Shown here: one piece after another, positions 44,931-59,152 of the stretch
Numbering within the stretch: the first letter of the stretch is position 1
How the letters are laid out: every line of letters starts with the position of its first letter
From: Eledone cirrhosa
Taxonomy: Eukaryota
Assembly (NCBI GenBank): GCA_964016885.1
Contig: OZ024742.1
Span: 264,306,001-264,370,000 of the forward strand
Reading direction: 5' to 3'
Length of the DNA stretch: 64,000 nucleotides
Position numbers and translations under genes: made by a program
Notes under the pieces: generated by a model
What the model was told of the DNA's origin: nothing
Databases searched by the model: none
The model's input: only the letters and a program-made list of their open reading frames with translations

Positions 44931-46570
44931 TGAACAATGGAGCACAAATGAGGCTGAGAAAAAATTGGATATAATAAAAATCGGATATAATTTGCAAGAG
45001 AGGAATAATACACAAGTTTCTCAGTATTATTTATTCGACTACATGTGAAATGACTCTTGATTTGAAAATACCTGAAACCCTTGTGACAACTGTGAAACCT
45101 GTCATAACCAAAGAAGTGTTTGACATTCACAAGACAACTCAAACCCCACCGTTAAAGTGATAACTAAATTGGTTCTAGTTGCTGAAAACGAGGCCTAGAC
45201 ATTTGCTATTACAAAGATCGACATACTAACACGAAAGCCGCTATACTGCCAGAGCTGATTACTATTTAGGGTCTTTTAAAATTAGACAACAATGGCTTTG
45301 CCAGTTATTTCGCGATGGAAGAGAAACGTCCAACAGCTTCGTTTATTAAGCCAATCTCTATTCAGGAAAATGGACGTCTGTAAATCTCACTCACATTAGA
45401 CTCTCTTTTCTCACTCTTTGTTGATATACATCACATTCCCCTACTTTCATTGTTCCCCTTTCGTTACCCTGTCGCCCTACACACATGTAGTTACCTATCA
45501 CTGTCAATCTTTCATAAATTCGTCCCTACCACCCTCAAGCTCCTATCCCTCTGCTTTCCCTGGCACAATCATACTGAAACTCTCATTTATCATTCTCTTG
45601 GTCACGGGTATCTTTAGTGATCGGAGATAATGTTGAGTAGAGATTACGTTTAAGCTTTGCAAGGAACAAGAGAACCCATCTAGTATACCCTATAAAGTGG
45701 CTAGGCATCGAACAATTACAACGTAGAATAGAAAAAAAAATTATTTAGTTTTGCCACGAAAATGACAACACGTCTAAAGTTGGTACCTCAATAAAATCTA
45801 CAAAGTATAGTCTGTAAAGTGTATGGTGTTGTGAAGAAAATCTACTGTTCTGAAGAGAATCAAATATGCACCTGCTACTCATATCTGATTATCATTTATG
45901 TCTTCTACTAGTATTTATGTTTGTTTTGTACACACATTCACACATAAGAGTGTGTGTCATATATATTTATAAACACACACATCCACACACATATATACAC
46001 ACACACATACACTCACACACACATACACATACACACACATAGCCATTCATATATATATATATATGCATGTATGTGTGTGTATATCTGTGTATTTCCAGGT
46101 TAATACTGAGTCGAAATACCTTATATGATGTAGAAATATTATCCATGTTAATATGCGTATATTCAGCAGTATGTGCAACTAAATTGCAATATTCTGCATA
46201 AAGCAAATTGCGAATTATAATCTGAAAGTCTTTCAAAATGGCTGCAAAATGCTGAAAATTGAAGAGACGTTCGGATGAACGCTACCTTACATATACCCAA
46301 GAAGAATGTTCAACGGTAGAAACAGGAATGAGAGGAACGCATATTCTCTTTGTACCAGGAGACTTAATAATATATCTGTGTAGTTGTATGATCATCTTTG
46401 CAGGAGACTTAATAATATATCTGTCTAGTTGTATGATCATCTGTATGATCAACACAGCATGGTCCAAACTGGACCATGCTGTGTTGGCGGTATTGCTAAT
46501 TACTACGAGCGCGTGAAGATTGCACTATATGTAAACAAGCTGTCTACAAAAAGAGATTATTTACAAAGCC

Positions 46571-47768
46571 TACGAGGCTCAGCTGCAACGTTAATAAGCT
46601 AACCAAAATACTTCCATAGAATGTGACCAAATTAGGCTTATTTTTCAAAATAGTCCACACACTTCTTCTATCTGTTGGCCAAAAAAGTCAACAGTGGATA
46701 TGACGCCATCACTGCGATACTGGTTCCCAGCCAATTGTCTTTTCATGTTGGGGAACAGGCGATAGTCAGATGGGGCCAAATTAGGATAATAGGGAGAGTG
46801 ATCAATCAGTTCAAAGCCACAGTCATGCACAGCAGCCATTGAAACTAAGGAGTTGTGTGCTGGAGAACTGTCCCAATGGTCTCCTTTCGTCAGTTTTCCT
46901 GGGCGTCTGGTCTTGATAGACTTTTGTAACTGCCGCAGTAAATTAGCATAGAATTCTCCATTGATGATGTGTCCCTTTTGAAGATAATCAATAAACACAA
47001 TACCTTTTCATCCCCTAAAACTGAGACCATCAGCTTCCTTGCAGATGAAAGATCTTTGCCGTCTTTGGATCAGTGGAAGAATGGTGTTTCTCCTGCATAG
47101 GTTGTCTCTTTGTCCCTGGCTCAAAGTGATTAATCCAACACTTTCCCTGAGTTAGGAACATTCCAGGAAACTAGATGGACTGCCTCAAACAATGTCAGAT
47201 TTTCTAGTGGTGTGATCAGCCCGGTGTACTTTTAATCAAGTGTCCTAAGACGTGGCACCCACCGAGCAGAAACCTTCGTCATGCTAAGTTCATTGTTCAG
47301 AATACTTCCAACTCTCTCACAGGATATACTAATGGCATTGACTATTTGATTTATAGTCAGTCGCCTGTCATCCATCACCATGTAGTGAGCAGGATCTATG
47401 TTTTTCTCAATAGAGGCAGTTGCAGGACATCTAGACCTTGGGTCACCCTCAAGAACCTCCCGCTCTCTCCTAAATTCAGCAGCATTTGTACCGTTGCCAA
47501 AGTTGATGCATCATTTCATAATGTAGCATCAATGTCAGCCTGAATGTCCTTAGGGTAAACTCTTTTTCTGCAGATCACGATGCCAAATTTTGTCCATTTT
47601 CAAGAGAAGCTGCCACTAGTTCCATTTGAAGTTTTCCCAGTCAGATGTCAGTTTACCTGAAGAAAACAATGCAGTTGAAGAAGAGTTGAAATTAATGCAT
47701 ACATGATTCCACAGATCTAGCATTACTTCTTCATAGTTAGCCTATGAACTTGTCAGCCCACCCTCTTA
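46571..47768 (-). mobile_element. Decayed mariner transposon
   Basis: IDYLQKG, HSPYYPNLAPSDYRLF; degenerate TIRs tacgaggctcagctg..ataagctaac and gttagcctatgaacttgtcagcccaccctctta. Confidence 0.9.
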
Positions 47769-47791
47769 TATATGATGACTTCCGTATTATG

Positions 47792-47886
<95 letters not shown>

Positions 47887-47904
47887 GTGTGTGTGTGTGT
47901 GTGT

Positions 47905-49250
47905 CGAGTTCAATAGAGGTTAACCACAGTAAGTAAGGTACTCAGGGACTCAATACATTAGTAGAGTGTAAACATCAAATTCCACATAGAAAGGGCTTCT
48001 ACACAACTCGAAATATTTCTTTCGAAAGAAGTTATCAGGAAAGCCTCAACAGAATTAGCCGAATTGGACGAACACCTCATCCCTTAAAAAGCGGGTTTCC
48101 GCCCTGGCATGTCGGCAACTAGCCAAGTACTGCACATCACCCAGTACATCGAGGACGGCTATGAGGAAGGGATGGTAACCGGTGTGGTGTTTGTCAACCT
48201 CTCAGCTGCCTATGACACAGTTAACCACAGATGCCTCCTTAGCAAGATCCTGGAAACCACAAGAGACACCTGTCTGACAGAGTTGATTGAAAGCATGCTT
48301 GAAAACAGGCACTTCTTTGTTGAGCTAGGAGGGATAAAAAGCAGATGACGAAGATTCAAGAATGGCCTCCCATAGGGAAGTGTGCTTGCACCACTTCTCT
48401 TCAACATATACATCAACGACCAAGCAAAATGTGTAGTAGACACCCGCTGCTTCATCTATGCAGATGATCTTGGCATAGGTGCACAAGACACTGATTTCAA
48501 AGTTGTGGAAATAGTCTCCAATGCTCTGCAAGAGCTAACACCTTATTATGAAGAGAACCACCTACATACAAGCACCCAGTCTATCTAGGTGAAACCCTGG
48601 ACAAGAAGGTGTCTTCTTGCAGCAAAGAAGAAAGGTAGTCAACAACAGACAACAGATCAAAAACATCCTCTTCGGCCATGTGCCGACCAAAAGCCGCCTA
48701 AAATCCAGGAAACGTTTCTTAGGGAGGGTCGCGCCCCTTGGAACATCAAGCATAAGTAGTGAAAGAATCACTTGATGGGAAGAAGAACTTAACAACCTCC
48801 CATTTGTAACAACAATGGAGCTAAACGTGAGCGAGGCACTGCCCCCCTCCCCCCGAAGCAGATGCAATCTATGCATTGTGTAAATGCCTAAACAGACTAA
48901 GATCTGGTGTTGGACGTGCAAAAGTCACTCTCGCAAAATGGGAATATTTAAAAGATGAAGACGTTGTGTGTGACTGCGGCATTGAACCACAGACTACGCA
49001 GCACCTCCTGATATACCCCCTGCTGGAATACCCCTGCGTAGCATTGGACTTGGCGGAATTTAATGAGAAAGGACAGCAATGTGTTCAGCTGTGGTGGAAC
49101 CACATCTAGCCAAGCTTTGTAACTGACACTCTTGTGGACATGACAGGAGGAGGACCAGAAAAGCCAATATTACGATGACAGTTGGCTTTCCTGATGATTT
49201 CCTTCGAATGAAACAGTTCTAGTGCTGTAGAAGTCATTTATACATTGATT
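47905..49250. mobile_element. Family F fold-back HHR cassette interrupted by a LINE
   Basis: Left arm 47905-48045 (minus), right arm 49182-49250 with HHR 49187-49233; microsatellites on both sides. Confidence 0.75.
48046..49155 (+). mobile_element. Vingi/Ingi-like LINE fragment
   Basis: NLSAAYDTVNH, GLP*GSVLAPLLFNIYIND, YADD, LNRLRSGVGR..CDCG..QTTQHLL; TSD cagRaaagcc. Confidence 0.8.
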
Positions 49251-49251
49251 T

Positions 49252-49326
<75 letters not shown>

Positions 49327-49679
49327 ATTTATTATTTTTTTTTTCAATATGGTCTAGCCATTGTGGTAGGGTCCGTACCGTAGATAGAACTCAATGTAAT
49401 CTGATAGCGAGTAATCCAGTGAAATCCATTGAAAGGTTCCGTGTTCCGCTGAGTTAATCCCTTAGATACAGAGTCTGACATTATATATTAATTTCATAAT
49501 GAAAACAATAACAAAGTCAAGTTATTTTACCTATTCATATCATTGTTTTACGATAATACTAAGAACAACCCTATTCTACAACATATAAGTAATAGTAATA
49601 GATATAATATTTCCTCCAACTCCTCTAATAACACCAACACCATTCATCAAATTGAGAATAACCATATAAATAGAAATAA

Positions 49680-50760
49680 AACTAGAAATAGACGCCGTAA
49701 AAGAAAGATCATATGGTATAATGCACCTTTCAACATACAGACCAAGGGACAAATACCAAGAATATTCTTTTGCAATCTTAGAGAAACACTTCCTACCTAA
49801 CCATATCTTAACCAAATTAAACTGCTTTACCGTTAAACTTTCCTATTCTACATCTGCTAATCTGCAGCAGAAAGTAAGTGCAATGAATCTCTATAAATGC
49901 AGGATGGCTGAGGATACACCCATAAATCACCCACCACAGGAATACCGAAATAGTCTTACACCAAAAATTACTCACAATGTAAATCTAAACACATCTAATA
50001 ATACCAACTATTCACCCACAACCTGCATAATACCCACTACCTTAGGTCAACTAAATGAAATATCCAGCAATCATCAGGATCTGATAATCTTCTCATCTGG
50101 TCACATCATAGAAAATGCACCCGCAACCAGACCAGCACCAACTAAGCTAACACAAACGAACCTAATACCTAACAATTATGCACCCACATTACCATCCTCA
50201 AGTAATCACACTACCAACACAGTTGCAACCTGTACAACCGGTGATCCCATTAATGATAGTAACAAAAATAATAGTAATAACATAAACAATAATAGTAAAT
50301 TGCGCAACAAATCCCAAGCAAATAGATGCAACTGTAGAATTAAAACCAACTGCCCCCCTTAATGGCAATTGCCTAATTACCAGTATAGTGTATAAATGCA
50401 AGGTAATTACTAAGGACTTTACGAAATCCTACATAGGCCCTACCGCTAACTAATTCAAGAAAAGGTTCTATTCCTGAACTCTTTCTTTTAAAAATACTAA
50501 ATTAGCTAACACCACCTCTTAAGCGGAAACTATTAGCAATTTTAAAGGGAAAAATATACCATACAGACTAGAATGGAGTGTCCTAAAAAGAACTAACTCG
50601 TACCAAGGCGAAAGAATGGAGTGCCGATTATGTTATCAGGAACTGTTCCAAATCATGAAATCCAAAGATAGGTTACTAAATAAAAAGCAAGAATTAATTA
50701 TTTCATGTACTCATAAAATCCTGAATCTTTTAAATACTATAAACCCACATAATACCTGAA
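49680..50760 (+). pseudogene. PLE C-terminal half with GIY-YIG endonuclease
   Basis: RKIIWYNAPF, KHF..VKLSYS, CNCR..CPLNGNCL..IVYKC..SYIG..FKKRF, CRLCYQE..LLNKKQE..CTH. Confidence 0.85.
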
Positions 50761-50815
50761 ATCACTATGGTGATAATTAGTTTCTTCAAATAAGTGAATC
50801 ATAACTAGAAATAAT

Positions 50816-50907
50816 TGTTTCTTCTTTTGGCACAAGGCCAGCAATTACCCAGTGCATTACTGGTACTTTATTTTATCGACCCCGTAATTTTGAAAGGCAA
50901 AGTCAAC
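50816..50907 (-). mobile_element. 5'-truncated SINE family 1 with TSD ctagaaataat
   Basis: Direct repeats 50805-50815 and 50908-50918. Confidence 0.8.
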
Positions 50908-51586
50908 CTAGAAATAATATATTCTTACCAAGATAATTTACATATAGAATAAAGGATGGTTCAAAATTGATTAAATCTGATACCGTACTTCCTCATTTCA
51001 ATAACAATAAGGACTCCCAAACTAATCGAAATAACTTACATTCTAATTAACTAAATTGACATAATGAGAATTATATACTTCTATTTATAGCCTAGTAAAT
51101 AATCAAAAGCAATATTGAAATCAGAAATTTTAATCCAACTTTAATTACCATGTAATAATATTCCCCAACCTGGGATAAAATTTTAGCCTTAAAGTTTTCT
51201 TTATATTACTCAATATTTTTCCAATGTTAGAGTTACAATTCACCTATAATTGTTAAGAATTAATCCAAACAACGTATACATTTAGCACACAATTCTTCCT
51301 ATATCCAAGCTTCATTACCAATCCTAAATCAGTAGTTAACTTAAGAAATAAATAATTCTCTTACTACGTATGTATTTGTATATACATATAGAACCTCGAT
51401 TGGTACATGATACGCCTTCTAAATTGGGTTTTATTAAATACTAGCAGAATGGCCCGGCGTTGCTCGGGATTTGCTCTAGGGTTCTTATATATTTGATATA
51501 TATTTATCCTTATAGAGCCTCGTTAAATAAATACGTTTGCTTATATTTTGTTATTGTGTATGCAAAAATATCTGTACACGAATATA

Positions 51587-51621
<35 letters not shown>

Positions 51622-51639
51622 TAAATCATGTCTTTTTGA

Positions 51640-52725
51640 TATGAAATCGTGTGTCGAAACAAGTATTGTTATACTTGGGGAGGGTCATATTTGTGTAATA
51701 TTGCCAGAATTAATAACAGAACACACTCATATAAAAGACACAGAAGCGAAAAGCTTCTGTGTCTTTTATATCGGTTAATTTTATTTATTCGGTCCTCAAT
51801 GTTACCATTGACTGACCAACAGTCAAAAATACAGATACAATATAGACACAAACACATATATATAGTCTATCAAAGTTCTTTCGTTACACATCTGCAACAT
51901 CGTCAGTGGTGCTATTGTTTCCTCCCGTTGCATTGTATGTCTACGCGATCTTTATTTAGTCTGTTTATATATTTATTTATTTGTTTATTTAAAAAACAAA
52001 ACAAAACAAAAAAACAACAAATAAATAAATATATAAACAGACTAAATAAAGATGGCGTAGACATACAATGCAACGGGAGGAAACAATAGCACCACTGACG
52101 ATGTTTCAGATGGGCAACGAAAGAACTTTGATAGACTATATATATGTGTTTGTGTCTATATTGTATCTGTATTTTGCACCTTAAGACCAGCCAAGAGAAA
52201 AAGTTGGACGCATTCGATTCCAGGTGTCTGCGAAAGATCCTGGGGATTAAATGGAGTGACCATGTAACAAACCAGGAAGTCAGGAACCGCACCAACCAGC
52301 AGCTAGTCTCTTCTGCCATCTGCAAGCGACGCCTGGGCTGGTTTGGGCACGCTTTGAGACTTCCCCCGGAGAAACTGGCGAACCAAGTACTTAAATGGAA
52401 CCCACAGGGAAGCAGAAGGAGAGGGCGACCCAAAATGAACTGGCGCCAAACAGTTGAGAGGGACCTGCGAGCGACAAACAGACAATGGCGGGACGCTGTG
52501 CAACTGGCTGCTGACCGAACGCGGTGGAACACTGTGATTGCCTCATGCGTCGCAAGACGCGGGAGCTTCTGAGTCTGAGTCAGTCAATGGCAACATTGAG
52601 GACCGAATAAATTAAATTAACCGATATAAAAGACACAGAAGCGAAAAGCGAAAACCAACCAAACAGTGAGTGTGTTCTGTTATTAATTCTGGCAATATTA
52701 CACAAATATGACTCTCCCCGAGTAT

Positions 52726-52733
<8 letters not shown>
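51640..52733. mobile_element. Fold-back HHR cassette, family A, in (TA)n
   Basis: Arms about 330 bp, centre near 52000; HHRs at 51869-51910 (-) and 52091-52132 (+). Confidence 0.9.
52177..52578 (+). mobile_element. RTE LINE 3' fragment with (CTGAGT)n tail
   Basis: KLDAFDSRCLRKIL, RRLGWFGHALR, GSRRRGRPK; interrupts the right arm. Confidence 0.88.
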
Positions 52734-52785
<52 letters not shown>

Positions 52786-53215
52786 TAAAATAACAGATTA
52801 AAGTTTAAGCAAAGAATCGCTGCTTTCACCCTTAACGGGATCTTCTGAAACTAAAAAAATTAATCTGTGAACGCAGAAGTAAATATTCACATACTATATA
52901 TACATATATACATATATACACACACACACATATAGCGCCATAATGTCGTAATGCAGACAGCCAGCCATACAGATAGATATTATAAGGGCGCAACATTATA
53001 TCTATGTATATATCTAAAAAGAAAGACTAAGAATTATAGACAGAGATCGCTAAATCGCCTAATGCGGTCCCTAGGGCATTGAAAATTTGAAATACCTTTT
53101 GCTCAAAAAGCTCACAGGACCATAAGTATTACATGTGTAAAGTTTGAAAACAATCGGTTGGGTGGTTCTCGAGTTTTAGGGAGTCAGACACACAGACAGG
53201 CAGACAGACATTCTG

Positions 53216-53302
<87 letters not shown>

Positions 53303-53329
53303 ATTCCGGATTCAATCTGGGGTAACCAC

Positions 53330-53380
53330 AGCTTCCTGATGATTTCACACGAATGAAACAGTTCTAGTCCTGTAGAAGCT
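53330..53380 (+). ncRNA. Type I hammerhead, family F
   Basis: agcttc-CTGATGA-t-TTC-acac-GAA-t-GAAACAG-ttctagtc-CTGTA-gaagct. Confidence 0.8.
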
Positions 53381-53514
53381 TTTCTATATTAATATATATA
53401 TATATATATATACTTAGATAAATAGGTATATACATAGATACAAGCAGACTGAGGATAAAAATATAAAAGTAAGTTAGAGCAATGTAAAGAAGTGCATACT
53501 GGCAGCACATATGA

Positions 53515-54040
53515 AAGAGCACTAGTGGAATGTTCCAGTCAAAATCTCAATATAAAAAAACAAATATGATATGGGAGAAAGAAAAGAAAGCATACACAGC
53601 AGTGGAAAAGAGCAGCCCAACTGATGTTAATATAGTGTTAAGATTAGTGTAAAAGAGAATATTTATGTCAAACTAATATGGAACCTGAAGATACTCCACT
53701 GTGACTAAACCTTTAGATTTGTAGCTGCATCTGCATAGATTCTGAGAAGCTGAGTTTCACAGAACCAGAATGAGTAAGACTAATAAGGAAATTCCATCTA
53801 TAGTCCATTAATGGAACTGTAAACATATGTAAAACATTCCAGACGTTTAGCAATAATAACTGCATACACATACGTATATATATAGAAACACATGTATATG
53901 TGAACAGATACAGATACACACATGCAATGACATCCTGCTCACACACGCGCACGCAAACAAAAACATACAGACAGATATATATATAATTACCTATTTGATG
54001 TTGCCTAAGTTTCAACGAAAGAGTTGATTTCTATATTAGT
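53515..54040 (+). mobile_element. R4/Dong 3' fragment
   Basis: Homologous to the reverse complement of 40420-40985 (WNVPVK, SINGTV..CKTFQTF). Confidence 0.75.
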
Positions 54041-56593
54041 GAGAAATTTAAGAAATAAAACCAGAGTATTCACTGAAACACTCATACAATCAATGTGTAT
54101 TGCATGAGAAATGAAATACTCACCTGTAATTAAAGTAATACTATATGAATCTTCAAATAGTAATTAAAGCATATTTAGATTAATAAAATGTATTGACTTA
54201 TTGTAATGTTTTAATTATTCATTAAGTTTTATTTTTCAAGAATGGATATTGAAAGATGGCGTGCAATTTAAATTATAAATATTGTGTGTCCAACTATAGA
54301 GTTATGCGTCATGATGTTGTGCACTCTGTATTATTATACATAATGTTTACTTAATATTACTGTCAAATCACGTAATGTTATTGTACACATCGTATTTCTG
54401 CTATTTTGCGTATTATAGTGCCCACGTATTTTTATGTATAATGTGATAGTGCATCTAATGCTGCTGTCTTTATGCATACTATCATTATGCATTTTCTGTT
54501 AATGTTTATGAAGCATATATTATTGTGCAACTAGTGCAGCTATTTCTTTGCATCTAGTAACACTGCTCTACATATACAAAGACATATACAAAGACATATA
54601 CAAAGACATATACAAAGACAAAAAAGAAGCTTTAAAACATCGAATTTGTAATACAAATATGATAATATAGTTGTGAAATAGCTTGTTCAGACATACATAT
54701 TTATGAACGGGGCTATGAAAAGATTTACAAAAAGTACTAGTCCAGTACTGAGGTCGATTCTTTCTCTATAGAAAAAATCGGCTGTGTTCAGACCTGGAGA
54801 GGGTTGGGCTCCGCCAGGTTTAAAAGTGCCCTAGACACGCCGTTGGACGGTGCTTCTACGACTCGAGGTGTTATGAGATCTCTATCCTTTTATCCTATTT
54901 TGTAAGAAATCATTATCATCACTATAATCATCATCATCATCATCATCATCAATGTAATTTGCAGAAGAAGGGGATGCATTTCAGTGAATTGGCTGGGGAG
55001 GATGTGTGGAAGTGTCGAGAAATGGGTACGCCAATAGGCTTAAACTCATTATGCGCTTGTAGGATGGAGAATATACATAGAAGAGACTTAACAGCAACGG
55101 TATTCTCTTAGATAATGTGGGATTCCTGGATGGGTCTTAACACACTGTCCACCTATTTCATGTCATATATATTTCTAATTTTGTTTTTCATTAATGATAT
55201 ACATACTCGATCCAAATCCCCACAGTTTAGTCACTTATCCTTTTAATGACATCATATTCATTATCCATGTAGCAATAATGAAAACTTTATTGTTATTTTT
55301 TCTATAATCTTTCTATAATCTTTCTATAATCTTTCTATAATTTTTTCTATAATCTTTCTATAATTTTTACCTTGAGAGGAATGAGCTCCGCCAGGTTTAA
55401 AACCCTCACGACTGTGCCCCCTTGATTCCAAACGGGTTTACAGATCCATGACATAACAATTGGGAACAGTGCCATAGTTTCATTGCAGAACCCGGCACAA
55501 CCCTGTGTGATTTAGTTATGAGCAGTGTTAGATTTGGCTATTTTTTTTATTCTATTGAAAATGCTCCATTTAAAGTTATATGGACAACACATTTAACCAA
55601 CAATGTTTTCACCGTTCACCAGTAAAAAACATCAGCCATAAAGTTCATATATTATTCTCTACTGCTTAAAAAAAAAGAGAAGGGATCACTTGATAATGTG
55701 GTCCGAGTGGAAATAAAACAACCTTTAATTCTCTCTCAAGATTAGGGCTCATCAGGCCGGATATTATCTCAGTTTCTTTCAGATGATTTTTAACGAACCC
55801 GAATCTAGCTTGTTTCGATTAAAGCGCGCAAGCAGAGGATTCAAAATAATTGCAGAATTACAATGTAGATGTAGAAATGTTTTAACAAGAGTAAAGGTCT
55901 TACGGTTTGGTTGCTATTACAACAACATTTCAACAAATTAACCGTGAATTGTATGCCCACACTGTTCGCACATTTTCTAGTTGATTTTTAGACATTAGGA
56001 TTTTATATCAGTTTAAAAGAATATTAATACCTATTAACCATTTATTTTTAGTTTACTCATCACTAAAAGTAAATAACATTTAAAATCAACTGTGTTTCTC
56101 AAAAATAAGCTGAACAAATTATCCGAATAAGCTAATGTCAGTAGGAGAGTACTGAGATGTGGCGGTAGCATCTGCTATGATATATCAATACAGATTCACA
56201 ACAAACACGTCGGATTTAAATCAAACACAGATTTACTGTGTATGTGTGTAAATTACTAATGTGAGAGCTAATATTTGTCAGGAAGCTGGTAGAATTCCAT
56301 TGATTAAGTATTAGTAACTTCATTGGTTCTTTTGTTCATTTTAACTATCATGGCTACGGCCATAATGGGGTCCCCTTCATTTTATGTAACCTTTTGCAGA
56401 GCGTAATTCTGAATAAGAATCTCAGAGAAATATTTGGCGAATTGTATCTATTTTGAACATCAGATACGTCTGAACGAGATTTATATATACACACGCAAGA
56501 AAATATTTTTTAAACACCAATAATTTTATTGTTCAATCCATTTAGATTGCATTTCAAAGCATTAAACAACTTTTATAAATATTAATTTGAGAT

Positions 56594-56646
<53 letters not shown>

Positions 56647-57289
56647 AATGTCTGTGTGTGTGTGCGTGCGTTTGTGTGGGCTATACATGCACATACATAT
56701 ATAGATACATACAAGCATCATATATACATGCATGCATACATACCTGCATGCATGTATACATACATACATACGCATGTAAGTAGATATGTGAGAGTGTTCT
56801 CCATGGCTTCAAGCACATCATTAGATACTTTGTTAATATTTCATTAATCAGAAATATGTTGTGATAATATCATTTGTTTATATTGTTACAATCGTCATCT
56901 TCATCTGCATCGTCATCACAACCTGTCTATATTTCCATGATTTCAAGGCGTAGCTTGTCGCCATAGTTCTCATATATTAAAGAAGTGTGCAGACAGAAAT
57001 ATCACACTGCTTGTATGAGCTCTTCTCCACCAACAACACTTACCTTGTATGTTTAATACAAAAGTATGAGAACCACATTAGAAATGAATATTGATTAGAA
57101 GAATGGGAATGACATATTTCTAGGTGATTCTCACAGCCGAGATAAAAAATGTGTCAGAGGCACAGTTTCCATTCTTTAGAAGACAGGGTTGTACAACTTT
57201 TTTTCTTTTCAATTGTTATGGGCTCCAAGAAGGTGCAAAATAACCGTGGAATAGTCCTATATGTGCAATAGTCCTTATAGTACTCTCTG

Positions 57290-57290
<1 letters not shown>

Positions 57291-57330
<40 letters not shown>

Positions 57331-57381
57331 ACACACACAGACACACACACACAGACACACACACACAGACACACACACACA

Positions 57382-57441
<60 letters not shown>

Positions 57442-57520
57442 TACATACATACATACATACATACATACATACATACATACATACATACATACATACATAC
57501 ATACATACATACATACATAC
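57291..57520. repeat. (CA)n-(CATA)n microsatellite
   Basis: Direct reading. Confidence 0.95.
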
Positions 57521-58688
57521 GGATGAATCAGTTTGTGTCCCTAATCTATAAAATAAAAAAGTATCATCTCTAATAATTGAGTACCTTATTTCTTCCCGAT
57601 CCTCTTCAGACTTCAGAAAACATATATATCGAGAGAGAGAGAAGAATTTTTCTTTAGACCATTTAATTCCCAACTGTTTAAAACATAAATATATTTGGGG
57701 GAAAAATGGATTGATTTTTTTTTATTTCATTAACTCTTAGCATCATGAGGACATATATCATGAAACCTTTGTTGAAATTACAACCACTTACATTCTACCA
57801 ACTTTGACCTTTCACATACTACATATATTCATTAACACTGACTACCCAATGATAACTCTAGCAACATTACCCACAAACTACACTACTACTTACTACCCTC
57901 GCAGCTCGCACTAACCTTTGACATCACACTGTCTCTGAGAGATGATAAGTGCAAATCAATATTTGTATAGATTTATATTCATCAAGATAAATAGTTAATG
58001 CTATTCATGGAGACGTTTACACTCTAAATGTTCATCTCTGTTACTATGTTATTGTATATGGATTTATGTGCGCACTTATTTGTGTGTTTAATGCGAAGGT
58101 ATTTTTCAAGCAACACTTTTGCATTGTGGGTAATACGTCAGTACAGCTGTGTATGGTTGACTGCAAAATAACTCTACAAAATAACAAACGAAACGAAGAT
58201 TAAATATACAAATAACTGTTCGACTGGGAGCGTTGCTGCTGATTTTAAACTTATTGCATATTTGTTAATCCTCAGACGAGTTTGGTTTGTTCTCGTTGAT
58301 CAATTAGTAAACCAATTTTTTTACTTGGAATAAAATTATATATAGTCTAAGCCACACGGAAAAGGGGACCCGTCTTATGGGCTGTGCATTGAAGAAAGGA
58401 TCAATATCCTGAGAAGTTACGTAATAACGATTTCCTAAATCCAAGTAATTAACTTATTTCACGCTGTCCACACGCCTGGAAACACCTATTATATAATTAC
58501 AAAGCTCCAGATTGACTAACATCAACAATCTGTAATATTCTGAATAATTTGAATAATTTATTCCGGACATCCACAGTTATCTCCCACATATTTATCTATT
58601 GTGGGTTTACCTCCCCCAAGGGAAGTGACTATTTCTGCACATGGGTATTCGTATGGTTGTTTTTATTTTTCCGTACAACTTCATTTAG

Positions 58689-58731
58689 ACCGAGCTGAGG
58701 ATTCGAATAAGCTGAAACAATTGTTCTCAGT
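58689..58731 (+). ncRNA. Type I hammerhead, family G (weak stem II)
   Basis: accgag-CTGAGGA-ttcgaataagct-GAAAC-AATT-GTT-ctcagt. Confidence 0.55.
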
Positions 58732-59071
58732 ATGGTGAACTAACTGTTGTCTAACTCAGTCCCATGAACTGAGTGCTCTACCACTACGGATGTAACCCAC
58801 CAGTTTATATATATATACATATATATATAAAAACATATCTATAACTTTATCTAGTTTGTGTATATGTAAATCTTTATATTTGATAATCTCCCATAGGGTT
58901 GAGATGCAATTTGGGCAATATTGGGCTAAGCTTTCTAGCAACCAGCCTACTAGCCGTAAGGTAACAATCACATTCTTTCTGACTTGACCACTGCCACGTC
59001 ACAGTTCTTAGCTATTTTGAATTCGTTTCTGGCGTGGATCATTTAAGAAAAATCTTTGTCCAAGTGAGTTT

Positions 59072-59152
59072 GTTTCCTGATGAGTTCGAAGCTCGAGAAT
59101 TTATTCTTGATAGGATATTTCCGAAAGCGAACGAAACCCTAAGGGTAGAAAC
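59072..59152 (+). ncRNA. Type I hammerhead, family H, extended stem II
   Basis: gtttc-CTGATGA-GTTCG..39 nt..CGAAC-GAAACCCT-a-AGGGTA-gaaac. Confidence 0.85.

Larger units (their letters stand above)
51441..53235 (-). mobile_element. Non-autonomous Helitron enclosing nested inserts
   Basis: 3' CTAG plus hairpin at 51441-51468; 5' region 53050-53235 homologous to 18010-18310. Confidence 0.65.

Noticed and set aside
45070-45110. ctgaaac...GAAACCTGTC
   Set aside because: No stem II or valid core
51640-51670. Possible opposite-polarity second HHR (tcGAAACaaGTA) giving a viroid-like ambisense unit
   Set aside because: No CUGANGA core or stem I, and not conserved at 1545
52812-52855. Minus-strand CAGAAGA-tCCC..GGGt-GAAA
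   Set aside because: Core mutated and no stem III/NUH; at best a relic
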